DNA of 60,232 nt, the filler included, from Sphacelaria rigidula (Eukaryota): NCBI GenBank assembly GCA_964200075.2. It is 10 parts of 10 records of this genome, joined end to end, with 100 filler letters (N's around TTAATTAATTAA, not from the genome) between each part and the next. Parts side by side here need not be neighbours in the genome. Positions count along the whole stretch, not along the records: positions 30,168 to 36,100 come from CAXNAA020023373.1; positions 36,201 to 42,133 come from CAXNAA020023374.1; positions 42,234 to 48,166 come from CAXNAA020023375.1; positions 48,267 to 54,199 come from CAXNAA020023376.1; 6 more parts are not named here. One strand, 5' to 3'. Positions 35,831-49,005 of this stretch are shown one piece after another. Under the pieces are notes generated by a model that did not search any database, was not told the origin of the DNA, and saw nothing but the letters and a program-made list of their open reading frames with translations. The position numbers were made by a program, and so were the translations under genes. Positions within the stretch are counted from its first letter, which is position 1. Every line of letters begins with the position of its first letter.

Positions 35831-36248
35831 TGTCGATGCTTATTGGGGTCGAGGTAGACGACTTAGGTGACGCAGGTCACTGTACCTTGTAAAGTAGCAT
35901 CCCGTACGATAAGAAGACTGGTGTGATGTTTTGTTGTTTTCGGGTTTGGTTTCGGTATATTTTTTTTTCTCGAGAGGTTTTCTTGGATTTGTGCCTGGCG
36001 TTGTTGCCGCGGGAGGCTTGAGTCTGCCGCACGTGAGTGATGCTACGGTAGGGGTAGAGAAATAATTTCTGAGATTAGAATTGTTAGGAGCCCCTTATCT
36101 NNNNNNNNNNNNNNNNNNNNNNNNNNNNNNNNNNNNNNNNNNNNTTAATTAATTAANNNNNNNNNNNNNNNNNNNNNNNNNNNNNNNNNNNNNNNNNNNN
36201 GCGTAGGTGCGTTGTTGCTGGGGGCGGTGAGGGGGGGGGCGTGGGGGT

Positions 36249-36287
<39 letters not shown>

Positions 36288-37086
36288 TAGGTCCTGCTGG
36301 GCTCAACCTAGAAAAGAGAGTATGACCTTACTTTTTTTGTTGGAACACTACGCGGCTACAAATGCAACGCGCTGGATAACACCGAGCATATCAATCAACT
36401 GTGACGATTTTCCGATAACCCCATCATTGTATCTATGAAATCTACCAGGTACACAACCCCGATTATATATATTGTCGATGCCGCAGGTACCCTCCGTAAT
36501 GCGGTACATCTTGCGCATTACCCTCACATACTCAACAGAGTTTACCGAATGGTCGTAAACAATGGTACATTACTAGATCTTGGAATGAACCCCGCTAGTT
36601 AGATTTTAGGAGCAGCTGGCAGTCTCAACAGCTCCTGGCTCGTACAGGACGTGTGTTAGCCCAACGCACACCTTGCCTAGAGCACCCTCTCCACCCCCTC
36701 CGTCGCGGGCCCGAGTGTTGTCAGGGTTAGGGTTATAGTGTTAGTGTTGGGGTTATAGTTAGTGTTACGGTAGGCGGGGCCTCAATTTTAGTACCAGCCA
36801 AAGTTTCCGACCATTTGGGAAACAGCCCTTCCAAGTACCTGTAAGTCATTTTCCACCAAGTGCCGAGAGTTGGAATGGAACAAGAACGAACTGCGCAAAA
36901 AAAGTCATTAGACACTCAGTTTTCCCATACAACACGGACGTTTTCTAGGCCTCGACACTGACATGGGTTCGTCCAAACGGCCTGGATTGACATCCATTAG
37001 ACATCACCGCTTTCGCCTCGCATCAGCGACGTGTTGAGTCTTTGTAACATCCATTTTTCGTGTCAAATCCTGGTCGTTGAAAGGCT

Positions 37087-37438
37087 TCAGGTGTGACGGA
37101 AACGGGATGAGATGGACTGTTCCGTACCAGTGGGACCATTACCCTCCGTAGCTGTGACCGGGCCATCAGAGACTTCCCCTGCTGTAGCCGTGACAGTGAC
37201 ACCTTCCTCTAATACCAATCTACACATCCTCCAAGTTTCGGCGTAATCTGACGCGGGGTGCGGATGCTCTTCCCGCCTAAGCTGCCAAAACACCGCTTCC
37301 ATATCATCGAAAAGGAACGACACTGTATTCTGAATGACCAGGTCTTGCTCTAGCTCGCGCCGTGTGGACAGCAGGCGGTCGCGAAGAACATGCAGTTTAT
37401 CGTATATTGCAGCAGTCATTACCCAATGGTCCACACCC
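37087..37438 (-). CDS. Candidate exon or small ORF, unknown function
   Basis: Acceptor-like ttatccAG upstream; protein-like helical segment YDKLHVLRDRLLSTRRELEQDLVIQNTVSFLFDDMEAVFWQL. Confidence 0.3.
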
Positions 37439-37633
37439 TGGATAATGATGATAAATCATGTTGTCAAAAAAATGTCCTGCGTACCGTCTGACTTTTGTGT
37501 ATATTGCGATGAACAACAGATTCCACACTGTACACAGTACATTTTTCAACACTGTAATATTTTTTCATGATCCAGGCCGTGGACACGACACAGCTACTTC
37601 TGCAACGCGGTGACCAAAACTCAATCCGCAATA

Positions 37634-38474
37634 CGAGCTGGGCCAGCCCAAAAACAGATTTGAGCTCTAAAAGCAATATCTCATCGACACAGAAAGGTTC
37701 GGCCGTGGTCCGCACACCGTATTAATCGCCTAACCAAGGGAGAGGTGCCAATCTGCTCGAAAGTTTGGGCCCATATTTTCTCGTTTATTATACGCCATGT
37801 CTAGTAATCCCTATACCTAAGGGAAATAGCACCAATACTAAAATCTCTATGAAACTCCCGATCGATGCATATAGCGGATGGCGTCGAACTTTGGTGCGGA
37901 GAACCACAAAAGAGTGCCGAATGATGAAAAAAATAGGCCTTCCAATTTTTCTTCACCGAGGTTCTCGTGAAATATGGTCTTCACCATATTAGAACGCCCT
38001 AAACCACTGGGAAAAGTTGAAAAAAATGAACTTGACCCGCTTTCTTTTCTTTATTATGCCTTAGTGAGCGCCCACACAAAATTTCAATACACATACACCA
38101 AACGTGGGCCGGTAAATGGCCTGCAAAATACTGTTTCGAATTTCTTCTGACCCCGTCACTTAACGACCCATTATACGGCCAATACTTGGAGTTGGACCCT
38201 GAAATTTGGTATGGACAATGAGTAGGGCATTATGAAGAAATTACTGGCGTACACAAGGGATTTTTTTTCATGAGCTAAGGGCAGTAATCAGTTTTCAGAT
38301 ATCGGTGAAATGACTTTAACTTATGAAAAAATAGTAGAATCACTTGTGTACGCCAGTAATTTTCTTCATTATGCCCTACTCATTGTCCATACCAAATGTC
38401 AGGGTCCGACTCCAAGTATTGGCAGTATAATGGGCCTGCAGACTGCAGAATCGCTTTTCGGCTGGCCAAGCTCG
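37634..38474. mobile_element. Tc1/mariner-like non-autonomous element (TIR CGAGCTKGGCCAGC); solo ends at 47564-47577 and 58680-58693
   Basis: ta|cgagctgggccagcccaaaaacagatttg and gcagaatcgcttttcggctggccaagctcg; three of the four ends seen are flanked by TA. Confidence 0.65.
38167..38434. repeat. Foldback inverted repeat, ~115-bp arms, ~30-bp loop
   Basis: cccattatacggccaatacttggagttggaccctg...ttactggcgtacacaag versus cttgtgtacgccagtaa...cagggtccgactccaagtattggcagtataatggg. Confidence 0.9.
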
Positions 38475-38877
38475 TGGGTGCGTTATGGGGGAGGAAAAAG
38501 GGTTTCCTTACTTCGAAAAGTTGGAATCAATTCCTGTACATATATTGATCATCTTGCCTTCGTCCAAGACATATATGAAACATATCCACACCAACCCAAC
38601 CCTATCCCGACCTTCTCATCAGACCCGTTCATCGAAACCAACCAAAATACGATCACGTGGATCTCTGCAGACGCTCGAAGGCTCCAAGTCTGTACAGAGT
38701 ATATTTTTTCGGATTGACAACGTACATGCAGTGTGTGTGAGCCTAGTGCTGCCCGTTGCCACCCCTCGTGGTACGTGCCCCATGACATTCGGAAATTGTA
38801 GTTACCCCCGAAAACCGGCGTACGGCACGACGATACCGTACCCTCCTTCGCACCTCGCTCTACAAGCGGTCACTTAC

Positions 38878-39021
38878 ATCGCAGTCCTCGTCCAGGGTGA
38901 CCCTAGTGGCGATGGAGTTGTCGGCCGCTGCTACCTCCTCGTATTCGTCCCACGCGAGTCTTGCCTCCTGAGATTGTGCGCCGAACTTCTTAGTGGCCTC
39001 CAGAGCCTTCGCCTCCGCCTC
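38878..39021 (-). CDS. CP12-like exon (Calvin-cycle regulator domain)
   Basis: cctttAG|GAG...TGCGAT|GTAAGT; 144 bp, phase 0; EAEAKALEATKKFGAQSQEARLAWDEYEEVAAADNSIATRVTLDEDCD contains the CP12 AWDxxEE motif. Absent from the ORF track. Confidence 0.78.
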
Positions 39022-40680
39022 CTAAAGGATGCGGGCAGAAATATAAGGAAGATGATGAGGGCTGGGTACTGGAATAAGAGTAGCTGGTACTTTCCTAGTT
39101 CACGTACGTCTCACCATAACGCCTTGATATTCAACGAAAACGCATCCAATTCCGCCGCGAGTAAAGCGGAATCGCATTTCTGCTCCAGTGAAGCCAAGTC
39201 GTGTGAAACTGTGCCTCGGGCGGGCCACGGACCCAAGGAACTATAAAAGTATGACCTAGTATACTGCTTGCTGATGCAGTCATGGCTAGCTGGGCCAGTA
39301 ACCAGCCCTAGAAATGGTCACGTTCTGGTGTATTGATGCGTTTTTGGGACAATGTCAGGTACAGCCTGGTAGCAAAAAAAAAGCAGCAAATGCGGCCATC
39401 CGGTGAGCCGATGAGGCAAAATATCTGAAGGCGAATCGAATATATCGAGGGTGGGTATAATTTTTTTCCGTTTGAAACAACACAAAAAAAAACAATCGGC
39501 ACAAATTTGGCGGGGGGGGCGGGGCGGGGTTATTCCAAGCCCAAGTCATGATGCTACCAGGCCTGGCCAGACTTCCTCTAAGGACAAATTTGGTTCGCGT
39601 CATAAAAGTACGCTCCTCTATCGGAGCAAGAATTTACCCTCTTTTCAAGATATTGGCACGAGTCGACCGTACCCTGGACAATGGATCTTTTGGTCAAAAA
39701 TTGTACTGTGCACAGTATGGAATTTTCTGTCCATTGCAATAGACGCAACGGTCGATACTGTACCCAGTACACTTGTTTAAAACGGAACTTGTCCAGGGTG
39801 TGGAGTCGATCCCGAGTCCAAAAGGTCGAATTCATGTAGTGATGAACGAAACATTAGTGAGGCAGGTGATCCAGTTCCGGAGTTCCATGGACACCACGCC
39901 ACATCCCACAGGGAAGTGAGTGTGCGGGGGAGGGGAAGATCCGTTGGCCCCAGCAATTGTTTACATACAGTTCATCACTGCTGCAGCTGATGCAGTCCAT
40001 CACAGATATTTTCCACCTTTTGAAAGTGGTCTTCGTCCAACGTGTAATTTCTACACGTGAGACAAACCAGGTGTGCCTGGAATGAAAGATATGCCACCCC
40101 TTGTCTGGGGAGGAGGAGGGGAAAGGGGGGGTATTTTGTATATCGTGTTATTTTCCCCAGATTGCTCCGTTTGCCTCTCCGTCTTTTTCGCACGTCTCTT
40201 CTCTCACTCTTGATCGATGAGATGGTCGCAGCAGTTTTCATTTGGGCTCTTATGTTTGACAAAGTTCCCACTGAGAGTTTACATGTTTCGGGATGTTGGT
40301 GATAATACATCACATTCGATTCACCCTTTCAGCATCCGCGGCCAACTGGCCGATGCCCCTGTCCCGCCAATTCTTAGGTAATGGCAACAGCGTACGCGAG
40401 GATAGCCACTGGGCTGGACATGTGTTCGTTCGTGGGTGGGTTTTGCAACGGTCAAGAGGGGAGGGTGACTGTTCCTTGCGCCGTCTGCTACGGCCTCAGC
40501 AGTAAACCGCCCGGATGGCAGCATCAATCGATCAATGAATGGATCAAATCAATAATTCTACGGCAATCTATACTTCTCATTTCGCCCGCCCGCGCTACCC
40601 TTCTTACCTCGTGAGCGAAGAGCACAGAGTGTTGTCCTGGTCGCCTGAAAAAACTGACAGCACACTGCGAGGTTCCACTG

Positions 40681-40725
40681 CTAACCCTAACCCTAACCCT
40701 AACCCTAACCCTAACCCTAACCCTA
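40681..40725 (+). repeat. Interstitial (CCCTAA)n telomere-like repeat, ~7 units; degenerate TTAGGG-like tract at 36722-36768
   Basis: ctaaccctaaccctaa... directly visible. Confidence 0.9.
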
Positions 40726-42381
40726 GTAACTTTATTGGGTGTCGCCACACTGTGATGTATGTTCGACTTTTCTGGCCCGCGTCTGACTCCTGTTGAGCCT
40801 CCTAAGCGGTGCGGGTATCGCAGTGTCCATTTGTGACACCTTGTTTCGCCTCTTCCAAGCCAAGAGCGTTGGTGAGGGATCGGAAGAGAGTACTCTCCCT
40901 GCCCAGGGTGGATCATGATCAAATAGTTATCACGAGCCCGATCCACCTACACTAGTATCACATATTACGCGATTGCACGATACAGGTATTTTTGGGAGCT
41001 CCTGCATAGTGCCATCAGGTCGGGTTGGTGGCGATTCACCACATAATGCTGAAATTCCCCCTATACGAGAGTAGCGAAACGAAATCATCACGCGGCCGTC
41101 TCGTGAAGAGTGGAGTCGATGAACTCAAGCAGTCACGTTCACAAAAACGATATCGATTTATTTTTTTCCCCAGTCTAGATGTTCTTTCCGAATAAAGCGA
41201 AGGACTTGAGGCTGTCAATCCGAAGGATGTTTTTCAGCCGTGATCTGTGACACAAGGGTTGATCACGCACAATTCTCGTCAGAACTGCAAACCTTCAAGC
41301 GTTAGACAACTCTCTCGAGGGTGTGATTTATCGCTTAGCACTCGCTGCTGTTGCCTGTTTCTCTATTCCTCAAGTGCAGCGTGCACTCCAAAAAAGTACT
41401 ATATCCTTTGCCATGGTCGATATCCAGCCTTTCGCCGCTACGTTCTGTACATCATACTACGCATGCAACGGGACATACGGCAGAATGGTTTTTATTCGAT
41501 TGAATCGGCTGATTCGGGCGATTCAAGGTATCTTGATATTGATTTATGATCCACCTTGGAATATGCTGACATCCATTATCACCACCATTTCCGACAGTTT
41601 TCAGGCCACCTCCTCAAACTCACGCGTACGATGATACTACTACTAGCCAAATCCGCCCCCCCCTCCCCAACCACTGTATTGTCTGGTCCGGCGAGAACTC
41701 GGCGTACTCCGTCCCGGCTTTGCTGGAGCGGACCCCATACGGGAGTGGCGTCGGTTGGCGATGCCGCTATAAAGCACGCCACTCACTGCGTAAGCTAGGC
41801 AACCAGGGTACCGATTTGTTTTGCGCGCGCTTGCTTTTCTTTGCGGAAACCGTGTTGGTAGTTGAGCTAGATCATGTTGTGCCGCGTGGGAGAACCTCAA
41901 CCCCGCACAACGAGGATACTCGTAATACGTAGTGTTTAAATGGTGAGACACCCATGAGGCAGCGTATGAGCCGTGGCTGTTTCTGGAAGGGCCGATACCA
42001 GAAAATAGAACAGCTCATTGGAGGTTGTCATCCACGTGCAATATAATCAGTAGACTTCGGGCCGAAGAGTCTTAGCAGGATACAGCTCACCCTTAATGCG
42101 ACTCGCCGAACACACCACGGCGCTTCGCGCTTGNNNNNNNNNNNNNNNNNNNNNNNNNNNNNNNNNNNNNNNNNNNNTTAATTAATTAANNNNNNNNNNN
42201 NNNNNNNNNNNNNNNNNNNNNNNNNNNNNNNNNATACAGACTTATGGGACAGAGGAAGTATGTAAACAGTCGGTCATTCCCGCATCACGAGAGGCAAAAT
42301 ACCTGAGGATAACCAAAAGCAGCTCTGAATTGGCGCCGAACATCTACTTTTGCATGCTGTGATATCACATGGCGGAACTTC

Positions 42382-42639
42382 AAGACGTCGGACAGCTCAT
42401 GAGCTAGCTGAATACCACATCTTGTAGGTGTACTGATCTGGATCATGAGCTACCTCATGTGGCCCCTTTCCCGAGATTCGCTCCCTACAGTGCTGGACGC
42501 CGAGCACCCAGAGCAGTGCAGAGGTAGCGCTTTGGCTTCTCTGACCCCGCGGTCACGCATTGTGTTCTTGGACAACGAATCTGAGATTCCTCTTCGATTA
42601 GCTATTAATTTAGGCAGCTCGTGAGCTGTCCGACGTGTG
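42382..42639. mobile_element. CACACGTCGGAC-TIR MITE, inverted relative to 16559-17126
   Basis: gacgtcggacagctcatgagctag / gcagctcgtgagctgtccgacgtgtg; internal homology to 16590-16715. Confidence 0.8.
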
Positions 42640-42917
42640 GAGACTTTTCCTCTGAACATGGAGCGAATGAATGCTGTGCGAAATTTCTGCTTAGTGGTGG
42701 TGTTCTCCTCCTCTCATATCATTTTGGTCGTTTTGCTGAGCGGTAGGTGCTGGGGGGACGCGCGTCGTGTTCCGGCATTGGAAGAAGAGTCCTAATAGAG
42801 GAGCCAAATATATCGGCATGTAGGTGATGTGCGGCAAAAAATGGGTCACAAAATCGTGGTGCGATAGTTCAGGTGCATTTTCATCGCGGGTATGGAAAAA
42901 AGTCTCTTCAATGGAGG

Positions 42918-43358
42918 CCTATTTATTGGGCGATTCAGCGGCGATTTTCGCCCGAACACAGTAGCACGGGCAGTTACGGGGCTGAGCGGATTGTGCCACC
43001 TGGGAAGGTTTTGCTGTACTTTCCTGAGAGGCTTCCAGCGCCCTTCCCGACCTTTCGCACACCCACTTTGAATTTTTTCAGGATGAACGATTTCTCAAAC
43101 AACCCCACACAGACCCCCGAGGTCTTTCCCTGAAGGCACTTACCGATGGTGTCGGAGAAACACGGTAGTACTTTGAAGTATTGTTTCATGGGGTTGCTTG
43201 AGAAACCGTTTGTCCGGACAAAGTCAACCGCGGCACGAAATATCGAGAAAGTGTGCTGGAACCGTCCCAAAGAGTACAGCAGCAATTCTTTCTGAGGGGA
43301 ACAAGCCGCCGACCCCCGTGTTTCAGGTAAAAATCAGCGCTGAATCGCCCGAAATAGG
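42918..43358. mobile_element. MITE-like element with ~40-bp imperfect TIRs
   Basis: cctatttattgggcgattcagcggcgatttt versus aaaatcagcgctgaatcgcccgaaatagg. Confidence 0.6.
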
Positions 43359-45515
43359 TATTTTGGGGAGATTTCTTCTCGTAGAATAACAGTAAGCGGC
43401 ATCACACGACTTTTCTGTCCCTCCTTAACCCCATGCGAAGCAAAGACACCGCACGAATGAACGGCAGAATGCTGCTGCCTGCACGTGTATAGCGTTCGAA
43501 ACTGCGGTAAATATCTTTCTCGTAACCTCTCTGTGAAACGGGAGAGCAGCCGGAAGGAAGGCAAGGGCGTGATCGACCGCTAACTATTATTACTGTAGGA
43601 AAATTTATCGCTGACTTTTTTTTTTCCATCACCATTGGCGATGATTGCCCGAGGTCACCCGGCTGAAAACACCCTCTCGCGGAATGCAGCAGCACCATAC
43701 ACACAAAAAAAAAACGTACCAATTGCTGAAATGCTCAACCAGTAGATGATCATCATTTGAAATTTGTACAGAAGAAGTCGTGCTTGCCACCTGCTTCATT
43801 TGAGGCTTCTCAGATGGCCGGTGAATCTACACAGAAGTGCATTTGAGCTCAGACAGATTCACGTGCTGCAAAACGGAATCAAAACATCTTGCTAGGGAGG
43901 GGAAAGGCTAGCAACCACACAAAAGGCCAGCTGCGGTACAGCAATGGCTTGATGTAGCACAGCCCTCCGTGCCGATTCATCGGTGGTGGTGGTGGTGGAC
44001 ATGGCCGCTCGATCGACGCGTTCTACTGTATTGTACTATACTGTATTTGCGTTCGCGCCAATCGAGGTCTGAGGCGGCGGTCCCTTCGGTGAGCAGACAT
44101 GCCCTTCGAGGAGAAGCGTGCTTGTGACTGCCTACCCGGTACCATCTCGACCTGTGTTGTCAGCACATTACAGTACATTCAGCTGGAGGTCGACCGCTTC
44201 TCGGGCGACCACCACAGCGTTGGGAAAGACTGACAGAACACCGCAGGCAGCGGTCAGCGGTGTGAATTTTCTCAAAGCGACCCGAAGATCGCCGGTACCG
44301 CATGAAGCGTGTCGGGCGTAGGAACGCTTGTTGTTATAAAGCTGGCGCGCGCTACGCATCGTTTGTCGCGAGCGGTTATGCAATCAAAATTGCCGTTTCA
44401 ATTTGCGTATAATCGGCTCTGAACCTCGTCGAGGGAGGTATTTTCCCTTGGGTCAGGGACGGGAGAATATCGTAGTTAGATATAAAAGTTATATAAATTG
44501 TTCTGCTTACATACCCAGAACGCCGTTGCAACGAACGTCAGGCCTCCATTTAATAGTACAGTACAGTACAGAACAATAGTGCAACAAAAAGGTTTTTCGC
44601 TGAACTCAGCCCCACTTTCCCAACCCGGAACGCTACGAGCTTTCCTTCGGACAGGCGAACTCGTGCAGCAGAACGAGTTTATCGATTTGGATCCACTCCC
44701 GCAGGTCCCTCCTGACTACACCAAACGCGCTTCGCATGTACTTCGATGAAGAGAAGGAGAGCGTGTGTGCCCATGGGAGCACTTTTTTTTTGTGGAAAAC
44801 AACAAACCGCGTATAGACTTCTGTGTTGACCGTGAAGAAATAGCTTTCATTTTTTTGCAGCGACTAGCTTCATCTCTCTTGGCCGATTCGGCACTGTAGA
44901 CGACCAAATCATCTCAAGCGAGAAGAATGCGATGGGTGTGGCGGGTCGAATCCCGCGGAGGAAGCGTGAGGCAGCCATCTTCGATACTCCAGCGGCGGCA
45001 GCGTGCAAGAGTAGTACACGCAGCTCCGTTTTTTACCGTTTGCGCGCAGATTGTGTTCTTCAGTAACGTGTACTTGTTCACGCTATGTATCCGGCTACGT
45101 CGAAGTCGGCTACTCCGTTTATCACACAACAGTGTGCGACCTCTTAACCCTAGGGTTCAAACGTGGGCTCTAGCAGACTTCAGCGAGCCCTATCCCTATC
45201 TGCTGTCCTTAGGTTCATACCCCCCCCACGACACATACTCTCATTTACGGTACGAGTATCCCAGCACTTTGAGTGATTCCTAAGGGATCCCGCCGTGGTC
45301 ATTATCTACATGGTAGACGGACCCAAGACGAGACAAGACAAGGCAAGGCTGAAACACTCGCTGAAGAAATGTTGAATAAAAAATAGAAAACGTAGAACAG
45401 ACAGAGTAGACGAAGGAAAGAAGAGAAGCGAAAAGAAATGTGCTGCAGTGCTCTCACCGCCGCTGGACTGCGCATACATGTACCCGTGCTGTTGGGCCCA
45501 AATTTTTGTATGCAG

Positions 45516-45594
45516 CGGGAGCGACCCCTACGCGATGATCAGGAAGCAGATTGCACAGGCGACCCAGCAAGCCATGGACGCGGGGATCGAGTTG
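45516..45594 (+). CDS. Candidate exon resembling the N-terminus of DUF1995 (LPA3-like) plastid proteins
   Basis: tatgcAG|C GGG...GAGTTG|GTgcgt; GSDPYAMIRKQIAQATQQAMDAGIEL; in that family a xEVEFP motif would follow in the next exon, which I did not find. Confidence 0.4.
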
Positions 45595-48266
45595 GTGCGT
45601 GCTGTACTAGAGTGCTCACCTCCCATGTATGCTACATCGCACATGCCACCTGTGTCACGGGTTCGTGTCTCGAACGCATTGGCTCGCCTTCGGCTGTATT
45701 TTTCATTCCGCCCATCGGCTTCTATTTTTCTTTGGCGAAAGAGATGTTCGTGACGTGCCCCTTGCCGCCGATCTGGTGGCGTTCTTCTTGGGCCCCTGGA
45801 AGCGCGGTAGGTCCATTTGTCTTGTAATATGTCGTAGGCCCATTCTGAGACGTTTGTTTGTGTGTTTCCTTTTATCTTCCACTCTTTTGCTCATTTTCCG
45901 CGCGCGGAGGGGGGAGGGGGGGGGGGGGGAGATAGCCAAATATTGGTTTTCCCTAGTGTCCAGACGCTGGGTACTGGATTGCGGAAAATACAGAGGAAAA
46001 CCGGCAGTATTCATTGTATGTTGTATGTGGATATATATTCGTATATATATTTATATGTATGTAGTGGTGATCCCCCTAGGCCAATCACACGCAACAAATT
46101 GGTCGATCAAACTTCGAATCTCCGCGATCATGAACAATCGGTGGGCAACTAATGGCCTGTAAATCACTCCGAACCACAAAATCTCCAGCCGCGGTGTACA
46201 GTCAGCGCGAACCCGCCTGATTTTCGGCGGAAGGCATCGTGAACCCACCTGCTCTGCGCGACCCGCTGAACGGGTGCGCCGCGCCACTTAATAGCATAAG
46301 GTCACCGAAAGCAGGACGCACAATACTAGGGTGAGCAACAAGACTAGAGATGACACACGTCACTGGTCGCTTTTAAGATTTACACTCGAAGCAAATATAG
46401 TGTTGTTTTGTACTGGCATTTTCTTAGCAACTCTCGGGTGTCCGAAAGTTGAGAATTTTCCTCCGAGGGAGGCATGGGGTGTGGAGCAGGTTTGAAATTC
46501 CAGCCCACGAAACCTGCTGCTGTCAATGCTGCTGATTTATTCGTGTGGACCAAGAAAGCGAGCCAATATACCTAACGTCGATGGCTATCCGAGCGCGGGT
46601 TGTGGAGCCCAGCTGATTGCGGTGGCGAACTTCATGCCCCTTTTATTCAAGAGATATCGTATCTTTAGTGGAGGACAGCAAGTTCTTCTTGGTGCTACAA
46701 GATCTCATTTTCTTTGTACAATAACGGCGAGTCCTGTATGGAAACCCGGGGGAGGTGGTGGTGTGCACAGCAGCCAGAAAATATGCGCGAATTCGTCGCT
46801 GGAGTTCGTGGTTGACACTAGAATGGTTTCAGTCTGGACCATCACATTCGGATCATTTTCGGCACTGACAGTTCCAAACGCTCGTTAGGGTACGCGCATG
46901 TGTACCCCAGAATACCCCGCAACCCTGCGGAGACACCGATTTAGCGTGCACCTTATGCCCTGGTCCGTCGGTACACAGCATATACGAGCCGGGTCGGCCA
47001 AGAGTAGGTGTGAATCTCGCTCAGGCGATGCACGGCGCGATATTAGGAGCTGGGCGCTAAACTTTTGACAGCAGCTTTTCATGATCGAAATGCAGAAGAT
47101 GACGTGAGCAGCAAAGAAAAAATAAAAGTTATATGTATTTGAAAATTGAGCAAAAACAAGATAATGTCATAAGTCCAGTAAAAAAAGGAGAATCTGCAGC
47201 TGCTCACGTGAAGTATCAGTTCCTTGGGTGCACAAAGTCTACCTGAAATTTCAGCTCAAGAGTCGTCGAATTGGGCCGTGCGTTCAACATTTTCCGTGAC
47301 GCTGCTTCACCCCTATAAATCAAGTGATGATAGACTCCAATTATGGAGGTCATGAGTTCGAATCCCGACAGATTTTGTTGTTTTTTCGTCCGTCGTTAAG
47401 GTCATACGTTATGCAGTACATATTTTTTCGTTTCTTTTATTCATTCAGCGGCGGTGCCGTGTGCTACCAGGTTGATCTACACTTCACAGTGATATATGCT
47501 TACATCGGGTTCATTCGGGAAACTGGGAAAGCTTTGGTGTGAGCAACTTTAAGCCGCTTTTAAGCTGGCCCAGCTCGTATACAAGGTCTTGTCTGGTCCG
47601 ACGTCTTCCAGAAATTGTTCTCCTTTTTGCGCGCTTGCGATGTTTTGCAGCGAGGGGCATAATGAAATGAATGAGATCGGCCTCTGTTTGTTTTCTGCCT
47701 TCACCCTCCTGGAGTCCCCGTCGGTCGCATGGCACCGCGCAGCGTAATATTCCAGACGTACTCTGCTCGTGCTGTGTCCTTGCTGGGCGCATTAATCTCT
47801 GCACGCACCCACTCCTGCTCAATATTCACTCGCGTGACACACTGAGACAAGCTCCAAGATTGATCCTCACCTGCGGACTCGTTTCCGATTCATTTTTAAC
47901 CACGGGTTCGGGGCTGCATTTTGCTTCCGATGTGCGTGCGTCGTAACAGCAAACCGGGCGCGCAATGTCACCGCTAGTCCCCTCCCGTCCCCCCCTGTGC
48001 TCCGTCTCGGAAGGGATGCGTGGTCAATGGTCAAATGACTGAGTCAAGCAACAACTTAGTATCCCCCCCACCACTTTCTCGACTTCTTTATCCCATCTTA
48101 CTCCAGCCTGCCCTATCGTACTTTTCTTCCATACGGCCCTATCAACCATAGCTGGCAGGGCTGTATNNNNNNNNNNNNNNNNNNNNNNNNNNNNNNNNNN
48201 NNNNNNNNNNTTAATTAATTAANNNNNNNNNNNNNNNNNNNNNNNNNNNNNNNNNNNNNNNNNNNN

Positions 48267-48499
48267 AGCGACTATGTCGTGGGTACACAAAATTCGACTT
48301 AACGGTCGACGAGGGAAAGGGATTGCTTAACCACTCTCCTGTCCGCAAAAGGAGGGTGGGGTACTAAAAACGAATAAAAAATATAAAACTCTTGTGTTGA
48401 CCTTCCTCGTTTGTGATCCCGGCTGGTGCACCCACATACTGTATGCCGAAAGGTGTAGACCGGCGTCCAAAATAGATGAGACGACAACACACACACACA
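48267..48499 (+). mobile_element. tRNA-SINE body, head cut off by the contig edge
   Basis: Reverse complement of 54300-54530 (gtgggtacaca...ttgaccttc...cccggctg...gaaaggtg...acaacacacac). Confidence 0.75.
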
Positions 48500-48659
48500 A
48501 TGCAAACCGTGAGAACGTGAGTGAACAAAGCAGAAAGAATTTCCCGCCTTGTACACGTCTAGAGATGAGTGGGAGAAGCTGGATTATCACGGAAATGATG
48601 TACCCCCTGCCTTTCCGTATCCGTTGTTGATACTGTCTCCCCTTGTCCGAAAAGTACAA

Positions 48660-49005
48660 TTCAATCCCAACGAACTATCTTCCATCCTCAAACAATCTTT
48701 AATTCATTGATCAATCCTACCCCCCCCAAAAAAAAAACAATCCCAACGAACCATCCAATCATCCATCCTCAAAAAATCTTTAATTCATTAATTATTCATT
48801 AAAAAAAAATCCCAACGAACCATCCAATCATCCATCCTCAAAAAATCTTTAATTCATTAATTATTCAATAAAAAAAAAACAATCCCAACGAACCATTCAA
48901 CCTTTCATCCTCAAACAATCTTCAATTCATTGATCAATCCTACCCCCCCCCCCAAAAAAAAAAAATCAATCCCAACGAACCATTCAACCATCCGTCCTCA
49001 AGCAA
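48660..49005 (+). repeat. Minisatellite, five ~70-85-bp units
   Basis: aatcccaacgaaccat...catcctcaaa...aatctttaattcatt repeated. Confidence 0.9.

Noticed and set aside
36222..36286. G-quadruplex or functional G-rich element (also 17903-17966)
   Set aside because: Poly-G at contig edges is a common short-read artefact and its length is unreliable.
38485..39246. 253-aa plus-strand ORF
   Set aside because: Not protein-like; it is the antisense shadow of the minus-strand CP12-like exon plus intron sequence.
40681..40725. True telomere
   Set aside because: Short and internal to a contig, with unique sequence on both sides.
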